Origin: Moniliella sp. 'wahieum'
Lineage: Eukaryota
DNA length: 64,000 nt
Direction: 5' to 3'
Assembly (NCBI GenBank): GCA_003971905.1
Contig: RSEE01000118.1
Coordinates: 1-64,000, forward strand
In this document: piece after piece, positions 12,116-24,330 of the stretch
Numbering within the stretch: position 1 is the stretch's first letter
Layout: each line of letters begins with the position of its first letter
The notes under the pieces: generated by a model
What the model saw: only the letters and a program-made list of their open reading frames with translations
The model's database searches: none
What the model was told of the DNA's origin: nothing
Made by a program: the position numbers and the translations under genes

Positions 12116-13180
12116 CAACAGTGGTGGCATTCCGGTTGGTTCTATCCACAGTTACTGGTGAAGTCCGATTGGATATGTTGCCTTCCATTGCAGTGAGACT
12201 GCTCGTACCCCTGATGAGACTGGGCTCACATCGCTCCTGTCCCCCAGGGTGGCGCCGTGGCCAAGATGGAATCGACGCTGTGATCAAGGCACACCTTGAC
12301 GCGATGTGGCATATCGTCGGTCCGCTTCTGTTACATCCGGCACATCTCTCGCGCCCCCACCTGCCTTGCCGCCCTACCACCACGCCGGATTGCCAGACGT
12401 GCCAATCCATTTTCACACTATCATGCTCGATGTACCGACTATCTGTTCATCAGGTACGAAGTCACCCAAGCCTTGCCGTGGTGTAATGTACTGGCCAGTG
12501 CGTTAGACAGGTGCGAATATGCTGGACGGTGGAGAATAGCCGATGGAAAAGCAAGTGATCGCCCCGCTCTCTCCAGAGGTATCGCCTCCGCATCAGGTTA
12601 AACACCCCGCCAGGCAACGACAACCTTGGATGGTGGCGGCCCGTCCCAACGTTAACCGGAGGCGCTGCGCGCTGCAGATGAAAACAACCGACAAGCACTG
12701 CAAGAACCTGAGGTGCAAGATAAAGGCATGGATCGAGTCATTGCCAGCTTCTGCCGCAATGTGGTGCAGGAATCAGGGAACGCGCATCTACAGATCGCCT
12801 CGCTCAAGCCCGCGGAATGAGGGTCAGACATGAGAGTGTACGGCCAACAGGATGAAAAGCAGGTGCCACTAGTGGTTGTCCTTCGTGAAGTGCTCAGCCG
12901 CGGTGCCCGCCTCTCCTTGGGCTTACCTACCGACCCATGATGGGCCCAGCGCTCCCACTATGTTGGTGGAGATACCTGTACGTTGTTCATATCCTTCTGC
13001 GGTGGCCCAGATTGCTGACATTTCGCATTGTCCAGACGCAGTCGGAGCGCCCGCATTCGTGTAGCCCTTGCCACATCAACGTCCCTCAGCCGCCGAGCAA
13101 AGCGCCCAAGGAGAGAGTACCTCCGCTGCGCCCTTTGGCCATAGGCAGCACCATTGGCAAAGGCAAGGCACGCTTCGCCC
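12109..13180 (-). pseudogene. Decayed repeat block (putative RecQ/TLH relic, copy C) abutting the RT thumb
   Basis: Colinear with 4316-5430. Minus-strand LSNALASTLHHGK (~12471-12510, YHAG-like motif IVa), IVGTSS (~12423-12442, IVATSA-like motif V), then C..(CLDHSVD)..GGQERCEP (Zn-domain-like). Confidence 0.4.
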
Positions 13181-13199
13181 TCACCCGTGGCTGCAACAA

Positions 13200-16100
13200 C
13201 CGCGCCAGATTGCAGCGGCGCAAGCAAACCGAGCAGCCTCGCGAGCAAACGCAACCGACTGCCTCTGCACGAGACGCGCAGAAAGGGCTGCTCCCGCCGC
13301 GGGGTTGACGTTTAACGTGCGTTTGCCGCCGTGGTTGGCGTGCAGAAGTTCCTCCACATTGCCGTGGCCACCCCGTCCAAGCCCCCCTCCCCGATTCTAG
13401 CCTGGCTGCGTTTGGGACCGCTTTGCCTCTCCACCAGCAACACGCTGGGGTTCTATACGTCTCATGTCCTTGCTGTCTAGCCGGATGCGTGCTCACGGGG
13501 AGGCACGCCCCTCACCTCCGCTTTTTGCTGCCCATCATTGTCGGTGCAGTACCCGAATTGGCCTTGAGAGCGCGGCTGCGTTACCGAGGTCGACACGATG
13601 CGCAGTGGTGGAATGCAAATCAGGCGGCCCACCATGGAGTACCGCAACTTCGATGGTGGTGATGCCTGTACGTGTCCACCCTTGTGCTGGAACGCTGACT
13701 TTTCCATTAGCTGGACTCAACTTCAGAGGCATTGTACGTGCACTCAAGCAGCCCTTAACTCGTCGCGTCCACGTTCCCCCAGCCAGTTGCCCCAGGCGCC
13801 AATGCAGGGAATATTGGCAAAGGCAGGGCACGCTTCCGGCTCCCTGCGGATGCGCCAGCAGGGAAGGCCTCTACGGCTGGCGAAGAGCAGATCCTGCTCG
13901 ATGCTGCTATGTTGTGGGACGGGCGCATAGAGCAGGTCCAGGGTACGTGCGGCTGCTCTTCATCCCCCTCGCTGGACCCCTGAAGAGGATGGAGACCGGG
14001 TTGATGAGCCTCACTCTCGATTGGATACTAGCCATGGATGTGACTGTCTCAGTGGACGCGCTTTTGGTCAGGTGGACTGGCGACCACCACCTAACCCGAG
14101 CTGTGCCAAAGTGAATCCTCCACCTCGCCTCTTTTGCTCGCCACTCGCGGCAGGGCTGTGGCCTGATGCGCCTCCCTTTGTTCTCCCTTCCCCAACTCGC
14201 GGCCCTCACGCCTCCGCTGCCCCGCACATACCGGCCAGCTCCCCCCTTCCCGGAGTGGGGGTGTCCTACAACATGGAAACCGCATTGGTCCCCACCCAAG
14301 ACTTATCGAATGAGTCGAACGTCTGGCCTGGTTCCAGCAGCAGGCCCAAGCTCTTCTTAGACACACTCCCGTCGCAGACCGCAAAGACTCTACGATGCTT
14401 AATCCCTTTCACACGGCGAACGCTTTTCTCACCTCAAGCTTGTTGCCACCGACCGTCAGCGCCGTTCATACTAAAGCCAAAAACGATCATCCGCACGGCC
14501 CTACTCAATACCGGGGTCATGATTCTCTCTACTGGTTTTACATGTACGACGACGATCCCCACCCACACTTCCTCCAGTATGATATACTGACCGACGCGCT
14601 TGTGCAGGCCGGAACGTACAGGCACGGGTATGCAGACGGAGATGGGTGATCAAGAGTGTCCGAGCACTACGGCAAGGACATTGGTCAAACCAGTGCCCGC
14701 TTTTCATTTACGTGGGAAATGTTAGTGGTTCGGGATCGCTGTACACTTGGCCATCACTCGACATGATGACGCTGTGGAAGCTGCCCAGTCATATGCTTCC
14801 CAAGCTCCGTCTCGCCTTGGAGCCAATATCCTTCTACTGCATATCCGAGTACCCTCCCCCTCTACTCCCAGATGGGAATCAAGTCCAAGGGAGAGTGGGG
14901 CAGATTGTGCGGGCTGGGCACTTCGTTACAGAAGGCAATCGAGGCGAAGGGCCTGAGTGAACAAGAAAAGGTTCCAATGTGTAACGTGGATCGACTTCAA
15001 AACACAGCGTGCAAGAGTGCAAGCGCAACGTGCCAAGATATAAGGATCACCTCATTCCAAACGCACTACCACGGTATGACATGGATCAAGTGGCTTTTGC
15101 TTGATTTCCCTGCCGATCACGTTGCAAAACCACAGCCTAGGTGCCGAACTAGGCATTCGCGGTGCTTTGGCTGCCCTAGAATCCAAGACGAGCAAGATGT
15201 GTATCCGCAGAACGTTCTGGACTGCGTGCGCTCCTTTGGCTACGAATGTGTCCAAGGCACTCTTGAATGGAGATGGGGCGGGAAATGGAAAACGTATTCC
15301 CTTCTCCACCTTTCACCGCCACCTTCCGCCTTGCCCGCTGCCTGGAAGTCATGGCAAAATGTGGCTCCTGCCGTGATGCGCGTGAACGAGGTCGATGAGA
15401 ACGAACGTAGCACCAACAGCTCAGGCGCGCACGCGCTACGCCATAGTCGGTGTCGGTGCGGCGGTCTCAGTCCAATCTGGCTTCCGGCGGCCGAAATTCA
15501 GATCCATTCAAGTGGTGGAGTGCACTGCGCCCTCGCCGCCGGGTAGCACGATGGTGCCGCGTCCATTCAAACACACCGCGGGTCGCTTAGGAATTGCCTA
15601 CCTAGATCATCTCGACGGCCACGATGTGTTTAACTTGCTTGTTCAGTTCTCAAAGGGGGCTTGCAGGGAGGCTCCTCGCTTGGTGTTTTCACCTCCCTCA
15701 GGGCTGATCCGGAGGTGACCTGACCTCCAGCTATGGGGAAGGACTCTGCAGATCGTGCGCATTCCGATTGTTTCGCCCGTGCGCATCTCCAGGTCAAACA
15801 GGCATGCTAGGGCGGGCGGTTCGTACGCTGCGTCCCCAGGACGCGACGGTGGGGTTGCGGCCCAGGCGGCTTTGTACATTCTTGCACGGGTTGCCGCTGC
15901 AGGACCGCCTGCTTTGTTGCGGGTCGCTCTGCAGCCAAACTTCGGCATCCGCTCGGTTCAATGAGGACGGAGGATCTAGCGGACCAGCTCCACCAGATTG
16001 ACGAGCAGCTCTGGCGCGAGGTGAAGGCAATCCGGGGGACGGATCCGAGGGATGAGGACGGTCAAAAGTGGGACAGGGATCTTTTCTCCCTGCCAGCCCG

Positions 16101-16470
16101 TATAGGTGGCTTAGATTTCGGATATCAACAGTGGTGGCATTCCCGTTAGTTCTATCCGCAGCTACTGGCAAGGTGGGGTAGGGTATGGTGCCTTCCACTG
16201 CAGTGGGACTGCTTGTACCCATGATGAGACTGGGCTCATATCGTTCCTGTCCCACGTGGTGTGTGCGGCCAAGACATGATTGGCGCTGCCACCAAGGCAC
16301 ACCGTGAAGCGGGGTGTGTGGCATCTTTTCGGTCCGTTTTTGTTGCGTTTACATCCGACACGCCTATCTCGCCCCCGCCCTCATTCTTCCCTTACTGTCA
16401 CGCCGAGGTGCCAGGCGTGCAAATGCCTTTTCACACTGTCATGCACGATGTACCCACTATTCGATCCTCC
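13200..16470. repeat. Tandem segmental duplicate of ~7150-12440 with internal deletions
   Basis: 13200-15040 matches 7150-8960; 15090-15860 matches 10005-10780; 15860-16470 matches 11840-12440. Confidence 0.85.
15420..16125 (+). mobile_element. Internally deleted copy of the CRE element (N-terminal region joined to thumb, RT core missing)
   Basis: 15420-15858 is homologous to 10338-10780 and is joined directly to sequence homologous to ~11840-12110 (GCGGACCAGCTCCACCAGATTGACGAGCAGCTCTGGCGCGAGGTGAAGGCAATC is identical in both). About 1.06 kb is deleted. Confidence 0.8.
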
Positions 16471-16929
16471 ATCAAGTCGCCGGCGGCGGGCAATGAATGC
16501 ATGACCACCACACCCTACAACGATACGGCTGGCTTCTCAGACCCACGCGCTTGACCTGGACAGACCCCATGCGATGCTGGTACTACCACCGTGCTGACCG
16601 CGCGCGTGCGCCTTCCATTTGTGTTCTTGTATAGGCTCGCTTCTCCTGTCTCCTCTCCACGGCCGACGCCGCTTCGACCTGCCTCCACTCGGTACCAGTG
16701 CATGGCTCGGCCTGGCCCATCGCATGGGCTTCCATTTTTAAATGAGGCGGAGATTGTGAGACGGCGGTGGTTCATGATGATGCATATGCATGATGCATGA
16801 TGCACTAAATTTGAAAGTGGAATGTTGCCTGCCAAGTAAATCCCCCGTGTGTTGCTGCCCCTCGGGCTGCCTTCTTGTCCCCCTCCACCCCATCCCGCGC
16901 CTCGCCTCGCCCATGCCCAGAGGCTGGCG

Positions 16930-18188
16930 ATGAGTTCCTTCCAGGTCGGAGGCCACGCCAATGTCGTAATCCTGCTCCGGATCACCAGCCCCCGCCCTCT
17001 GCCCCACCTCCATTGCGCCTCTGCCCGCCAGTGGCGACCCCGCCGAGCCGGCCGAACAAGTGGCCGCCGTCTGGGCCGGCCCGCATTGCCAGCGCCGCCT
17101 GCTGAAGCGGACGACCTGGGGCGAGGTTTCGTTCTACGCTGCGTGTCGCAGTCTCGCAGGGGGAGATGCGCCGGCGGCGGAGCATGCGGCCGAGCTCCAG
17201 CTGCCGCAGGCGGCTGTGCCCCCTGCCACGCGCGCCGCGATCGCTGCCTTTGTCGAGCTGCAGCCTTGCTTCTATGGTGCCTATCCTCTCTTTCCCTCCC
17301 CCGCCTATCCTTCTCCCCAAGACGCGGATGTTCGAAATGCCATCCGCCTTTTAGCGCGCACTTCCATGGCCGCCTCTGACCCTGAGATGCACAGCTGGAG
17401 CATGGTCTTGAGCAACGTGGTGGCCGGCATGCAATGGCCCCACACCATCGACATTAAACTGGGCCACATTCTCTTTGACGACCGACCTGGCCGGACCAAG
17501 GAGGAGAAGATCAAGCGGATGCAAGCTGCTTCCGCCAGCACCACGTCTTCAACTCATGGGGTTCGTCTGACGGGCTTCCAGCATTGGCTCACGCCTCCGC
17601 CTCAGCCTGGACCAGATGGCCGGCCAAAGTCGCAAGACCGCCAGGAACGTGTTCTTCATTCGGTCGGCAAGAGCTTTGGCAAAAAAGTGGACCATGCGGG
17701 ATTTGCCGTGGGACTGCGAATGTTCCTTGGCTGCGCGTCGGCAGAGGACGAGGCTCACTTTAGCTCGGTTACCCAGTCTGGCTCCACGGGGGGCGCCTGG
17801 CCTTCTGACCGCATCCCTGGTTGGATTATGCTTTGCTCTTGGAGCGATCCATTCTGCCTTCGCTGAACCAGATGGTACGGGTGGTATCGGGGGTTGAAAT
17901 ACGGTTTCGCGGATCCAGTTACTTCTTGCCTACGAGAGCGACCCCGTCCTCCTCCACCGTTGGGCCACGGATCAGCTGCAATGGCCGCGGCGCATGTGGA
18001 CCGGCCCTCCCATCTCGACCTGCCGCCTGATTGACTTTGCCCACTCTTACTTTGTCCTAGGCCACGGGCCCGACCAAGGCCTCCTCGCCGGCCTCCGCAC
18101 CCTCATCACCACCCTCGATACCTTTCTGGCCCACCTACGCACTTCAGGAGCCGACTTGCCCCCTCCGTCAACTGACCCAGGGCGCTGA
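16930..18188 (+). CDS. Inositol polyphosphate kinase (IPK/IPMK, Arg82/Ipk2-like); indel-disrupted in this assembly
   Basis: FQVGGH N-terminus, GEVSFY, PHTIDIKLG (PxxxDxKxG), STTSSTHGVRLTG, RFRGSS(LL) and RLIDFAH motifs. Confidence 0.85.
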
Positions 18189-19018
18189 TATCGCTCAGTA
18201 CCCCTTGGCACCACTCCATCCCCGTTTGCAAACCTGAGGGCGCTCGATGCGCTTGGGCCCTCGTCTTGGTGCCCGCACAATCACGTGTCACGACCGCACT
18301 AATGACACCTGTGCCCTCCACGCCGTTAGATCTCGCATAGCCCAATTCTTGCCCTCCGATTGAGCTGTGGATATGGGTTCTATACCTTGCTCAGACAATG
18401 AGGCTCGTGCATGATGATGCCAGGCCTGCTTGAGCCCCTCGCCCTCTCCCTCTCCCAATCAGTGAACCGAATGTCCTTGTCAACCCGGGAGGCTACAAGC
18501 GCAAGATCCGCGCTCTGGCGCACCAGCGCCAGCATTGAGTCCATAGTGATCAGAACCTTGTTGTGCTGGGCCAGAGTGGTCCGGTCCTAGCAAGGTGTCC
18601 CTATCTCGTGCTCGACCTCTGACCAGGGCAATCACCATGCTTCACCGAGGACCCAAAGCGGGACGATAAGTGCGCAGCGCAGGCTGCGCTCCGTACGCCC
18701 TCAAGTGGAGCGTGCGACTCTTTCGATCCACAAGCACAACTTCTATCCCATCCTAGTGAGGTGGCTTTGTTGCTACCTATTGTGCCAGGTCGCTCTCAGA
18801 TGGATGGAAAGGCCTGCCATACCGGGACCAGCTGATGGCATTCTTTTTTGTCACGATGTCGTTTTCGTCCAGTCCATCTTTTTCAGTAACAACATGGGTT
18901 TGTTCGCGGAACAGGGAAGCTCGGTGCGTTCCATCAGGAAAAGAAACCGCAACGGGTGGAATGGCAAGGGGAGGCGGTCAGCCGCAGCAAAAGGTTCAGC
19001 AAGGGCAAGGAAGGCGGT

Positions 19019-19918
19019 TCAAATGACTTTGGAGACAATCGCCTTGAAAAAGTTGCGCGCACCGGGAATGTAGGACAGAGCATACCAAAGGTAGCAGAGG
19101 TACAGCACGATGCAAAAGATGAGGGCCAAAAAGCCAATATTGAGCACAAACGCCGAGACCCAGACCATGACAAAGGCGCCGATCATCAGTCCGGTGGCGA
19201 CAATACGGACGGGTTTGAACATGAGCTTCAGTTGGCGGACAAACTGCACCACAACCGGGTTAGGTTAGCATTCCCACACCACCCCATTCGCACCACCCAT
19301 GGTCAGTCATTACATACCCCAATCAAGAACCCAGTTCCAACCAGCGAAATCAGCACGCCGATTGAGTAGAGAATAGCAAAGGCCGCATGGCTGCCCGTGA
19401 TGAGGAGAATGGTACCGAGCAAGGAAAGGACAAACCCACCGAACACACTGAAGGAAGGAAACGTGGAGCAGGGTCAGTAGAGAGTGACAAAGAGGGACGC
19501 ACGCATTCCGCCGGGATACGAACCAGCAAACAAAGCCCATTATCCTCTGCTGGCGGGTCAGGTCAATGCCCCAGCGCTTGAACTCGGAGTTTTCGCCTGT
19601 CAGCTCGCCGCGTGCATAGGACAAGCTTTCGCTGTCGACATTGATCCACTTTGAGCCGGAGCCGCCTCCAACAGCGGCGCCTTTGGACTTGGAGGAGGAG
19701 AACAAGCCGCCGCCGCCACTGGTGCTGCTGGGCGGATCGGAGGGGGTGCTGCGGAACGGGTTGGCCCAGGACGAGGCGCTGGGCTGAGGCTCGGTGCTGG
19801 GAGTGGCAAGGGACTGGTTGGAGGAGACGCGGGTGAAGGGGTTGGACCAGATGCTGGCGTCGTCCTTGTCGAGGCTGGTGGTGGACTGGCCCTTGGACGT
19901 CGACCACCAGGAAGACAT
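19019..19918 (-). CDS. Got1/Sft2-family vesicle transport protein (SFT2-like), two introns (~19448-19523, ~19244-19317)
   Basis: [10 protein letters not shown]..., [36 protein letters not shown] and [11 protein letters not shown]. The introns are GT..AG; the second has a GCTAAC branch site. Confidence 0.85.
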
Positions 19919-20353
19919 GGGGGGCGGGGCGGGGTGGGGCGGTGGGGCAGAGCAGCGGGCGGGCTGGGATGGGCGGCGTGCGTTCTCTGGGGCTGCGCGC
20001 TGGGCTGCCAAGCGCAGTCGGCGTCTCCTGCGCGCCGCTGGCCACGGGCAGGGCGCACGTCACGCGTCGCGTGTCACCCATCCGCCGCCCGTCGCCCACC
20101 CCGAACACATTCCACTCCACCGTCGGACCAGGCAGGCAGGCCTGAGGCGCCCTTGCTGATGATTCCGGCCGGCTTGGCCGCCGTCGTCGTGTTCCGCCCC
20201 GCATCCTATTCCGCCTTCGGCCCCGTGTGTTTCCTTTTTTTTTTGTTGTGCGAGCCCACGCACCACCACCGCCCGCGTCTCCTGCGCTGCCCTCGACCCG
20301 TGATCCTCGGCCGTGAGGTCCTTCGCAGTTCGCCCGCCTCTTCTCTCTTCGCC

Positions 20354-20797
20354 ATGTCCTCCATCAGCCCCAAGGCCTTCCCCTTGGCCGACGCCACGCT
20401 CACCAACCAGATCCTCGACCTGGTGCAGCAGGCGTCGCACTACAAGCAGCTCAAGAAGGGCGCCAACGAGGCGACCAAGACGCTCAACCGTGGCATTTGC
20501 GAGTTCATCGTCATGGCTGCCGACACGGAGCCGATTGAGATTGTGCTCTCGCTCCCGCTCCTGTGCGAGGACAAGAACGTGCCCTACGTCTTTGTCCCGT
20601 CCAAGACGGCCCTGGCCGCGCCTGCAACGTCTCGCGCCCTGTCATTGCCGCTTCGGTCACCACCAATGAGGCGCGCGAACTGCAGAGCCAGATTCAAACC
20701 ATCAAGCTTGCTGTACGTTGGCCTTACTTCTGCTCTGCGCTGTCGCAGGATATGATACTGACTTTTGGTTTTCTAGATTGAGCGCCTGCTCATTTAA
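20354..20797 (+). CDS. SNU13: Box C/D snoRNP and U4 snRNP 15.5K protein, intron 20713-20776
   Basis: [42 protein letters not shown]...[35 protein letters not shown]...IERLLI. One G is missing at ~20615. Confidence 0.95.
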
Positions 20798-21653
20798 CAA
20801 GATGCTTGATTCCAACTGAGCTCATCGACGGATGGACCGTGGCAGCAGCGTTGGTATGTGCCGCGATGTACACATCCAACAGATGAATTGAATGAGGGTG
20901 TATCTGCTCCAGCCTGCCTTTGGGTGAGAAGACCAGCTCGGTGTTGGTAGTGCGATGATGTTGGCAGAGTGGGGCTGACAAGGAAAGGGGAGCGCGACAG
21001 GCCGTCACCTCCCCATCTCTCCGTGGTCAGACTAGGCATAGCACGTGCGGGGTGCGAGGATGGACAGGTTGAACAGACAGGACGGCTGAGCGAGCGGAGC
21101 GACGTTGTGCGCATGTGAATGCCGTTGGTCTGGGGTGGTTCCTGCTATACAAATGGGTGTCGTACCGGCTGGTGGCAGACAGCATGACCCATCCTGAGGC
21201 GTGAGGGCGTGGAAGCGGCAAGGTGAGATGGGGAGAGAGGAGGATCGGTGGGAGGCATCGTGAGGACAGAGACCCGGGGGTGAGTGGGTGAGATCTGAGA
21301 CTGGTTGCTGCGGGGCGTCGGCAGTAGGCAGCAGTCGACCGACCGACGCCGGAAGCAGGCCAGCCGGTGACGCGGTGACCGGTGACGGTGACAGGTGAGA
21401 TGTGACATGTGACGCGTGACGGGTGATTGAGTGATCGCCCTACAGACAGCCACAATGGGAGCACCTAGGCGTGGCGGGGGGGCAGTGTGTGGCGGCAACG
21501 CGTGGCAGTGCAGCGTCCCGCAGCACCAGCGGCTAAAGTGGATCCAGCCTGCACGCAGGCCAGGCTTGGCCGACACAGGCCCAACCCTTCTTGGCGCGGG
21601 GGGGCCCGGGGGTAGTGTTCCCTCTGCCACCTCCGCCAGCCAGCCGCTCAGCC

Positions 21654-23626
21654 ATGCTCCTTCTCCGAACGGCCCCCCTCGTGTCGTGGTGCGCTCCGGC
21701 GTGCCTGCCCGGCGTGTCGTGCGCTTGCTCGCCCCGCCACCCGTCAGCCGAGCGGATGCTGCAGCGCAGCCTTGCCACCTCGTCCGTGTCGCTGCAGGAG
21801 ACGCCCTCGCCGTCGCACCGCCCGTCGCGCCCGCCGCCGCCGCCCGGATGGGAGCGTCCCCATGCGGGCCGGCCCGAGGGGGCTCTCAAGACCTTCTTCA
21901 ATAGCTCCGGCTTTGAGACGGCGGCCGGCGCCAGTGTTGGCGTGCTGCTCTTGGGTATCGCCGCGCTCTGGTACAACGAATGGTACAAGGCGCGTGTGCT
22001 GTCCAAGATGTCCAAGGCTTTTGATGGTACGTCGTGTAGCAATCTCAGTGATCCCCCCCCCCCCCAATCCACTAACCAAAGAACTGCGATACAGGTGGCT
22101 ACGACCCCATCCTCACTCTGTCCGAGGCAACCGAAGGCGACGACCCGTCTCGTTTGCCTGTCAGCCCTGCGCGTCCGGAGCAAGAGCTAGTAGACTCCAT
22201 TGTCCGTGGCCAGGAGGAGGGTCGATACTTTTTGTTCATGGGTCCCAAGGGCAGCGGGAAGAGTTCCATGTTTATCAAGGCCATGGCCGATACCAAAGCG
22301 GATGGGGCGGCGTACTTTGAAGCGCACCATGACCTAACGGTCGTCTGGATCGCTTTAGTGAGGCGATCAACTTCAGCATGAACCGGGATTACCTCGGATC
22401 GCTTCTCGGTTTGGGAGACCCCTCGGGAACAACGACGATGCAAGCGCTGGAACGGGCACTGCACAAGCTCGAGCAAGCCTTGATCATTCGCCGTGAGAAG
22501 GAGCACCGGCCCGTGGTAATTGTCATGTCGGCCGCTCACTTGCTCGCGGCAGAGGAGGAGGGACGGTCGATGTTACGCTGCTTCCAGCAGCGAGCCGAGC
22601 GTTGGGCAAGCACAGGTACTGCACGTTTGTGTTCCTGAGTGACAACTATAGCTGCTACAAGGCACTGCGTCGGACCGGGGTGCGGATGGATACTGTCACG
22701 GTGCGTGACCTGACCGTCTCCATCGCTCAACATGCTGCGCAACATGCGCCAGGTTTACTATGGGGATGGCGACAGCCTTCCAGTGAACGAGTTGGACGAG
22801 GTGTACCGCCTGACAGGCGGTCGTCTGTCCATCCTTAATGCCGTGGCTCGGGGCAAGACATGCTCAGTGCTGCGCGTCACCTGATCGAAGATGAGAAACA
22901 ATGGGTCTTGTCTTTTACTGGGATCATTGAAGACCATGATGACGATGTGATGGACGAGCAAAAGTATTCAACGTGCAGCTGGCTTCTGGTGGTACGCCCC
23001 CCCCCTTCCCCGCCCTCTTCCAATGGAAACTGACACCGGGCCTGGCTCAGTTTGTAGAGTTGGCCAAGCGCTACCGTCAACTTGAACAGGCGTCTTCGAC
23101 GGAACTGGTAGAGGAAGAGAGAGACGTGGCGCTGGAGGAAGAGGCGCCCCATCCGCCGGGCATGGATGAGAATGAGGAGCACCAGGATCCTGGCTCCGAC
23201 TCGCCCATTCCACCCGGGAAGGAAGTGAAGTCAAGGAAGAAGATGGGCCGGAGGTGCCCAACCCTGAGATCGCTTGGGGCGATGTGCGGCAGATCATGAC
23301 GCGGCCGGACTACATTGAGAATCTGGACCATCTCAACGTCATCCACATTGACCGTGCGCACCATGTGACGGCCAACTCGGTGCCGCTCTTGCATGCATTT
23401 ATCTCGGTGCTGGAGGGAGAGGAGGACTTTGAAAGTCGACTCGTCAGTCATGGACCGTGTTAGTGCCATTGAGTCGCTTGGCCGCACGCGCGAACTGGTC
23501 TGGAAAGAGCAGGGCGACAAGGGCAAGTTCCTCATCAGGTCTGACGCCCGCGGTCGCGAGGTCGAATCTTGGACCCTGCTCGGCGGCGACGAGCGACTGG
23601 GGCGGGAGGAGGAGGAGGAGGCGTAG
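21654..23626 (+). CDS. Conserved fungal P-loop ATPase with N-terminal transmembrane helix, probably mitochondrial; intron ~22027-22094
   Basis: Arg/Ser-rich presequence-like N-terminus, TM segment VGVLLLGIAALWY, Walker A GPKGSGKSS, LERALHKLE, FQQRAERWA, DDDVMDEQKY and C-terminal IESLGRTREL. Confidence 0.7.
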
Positions 23627-24330
23627 GCCAAGGCCCAGACGTCCGCAGGGTTGCGCTGCATCGACATATTATCCTCCCGCCCCGTTGGAGGGACGATAGC
23701 GCTGCCGCGTGCAGTGGGGTGCTGGTGGGCGTTGAAGCGCCTGCGCTGCATCCGTCCGGACCCGCAAGGGGCCACCAAAATGCAAAACGTTCCCAAAGAC
23801 TTGTTCAGAATGCAAGGCGTGTTTCCAAAATGCAAGACGGTTGTTCCGCACGACAGACGAAGGGCAAACACGGAGGGGGTCGCAGATGCCGGACTGGGGT
23901 GGAGTGTGTGCAGCGCAAGCGCAAGGGGCGGGAAGGAGCAGATAATGAACCCAGACGCGTTCTTCAAGCTTCAAGAAGGAGAGAGATAAGGAAGACACAG
24001 GCCTCACTTGCGATCGGAGACAGCAGTCGGAACCAATGGGCTCGGCGGGGCAGTGCGAGGCACACATGGCGTCTGAAAGTTGCAGATGCGCTGCGCACTG
24101 CTCCGCTGTGCGAGGTGGCGTTTACAGACTGAGTACTCCTCCATATCGGAGCACCCAGGGGGCCTCCGCCTCAGCGCGCTTCACAGGCGCTGACGTCACG
24201 CGCCCTCCCGCCTCGTGCACATCGCCCCTTGCTCCACCTCCCTCTCGGCCATCTCCCTCTCATCTCCATCTCCATCCCCCCTCCCTCGCCATCCCCTCTC
24301 CATCCCCTCCCTCTCCCCTCCCCTCGTCTC

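Noticed and set aside
16930..18188. Functional link between the inositol polyphosphate kinase and telomere control because of its position
   Set aside because: Adjacency alone is not evidence; nothing in the sequence supports a link.
19255..19270. Telomere-like GGGTTTAGGTTAG
   Set aside because: It is the branch-point region (GCTAAC) of the second SFT2-like intron on the - strand.
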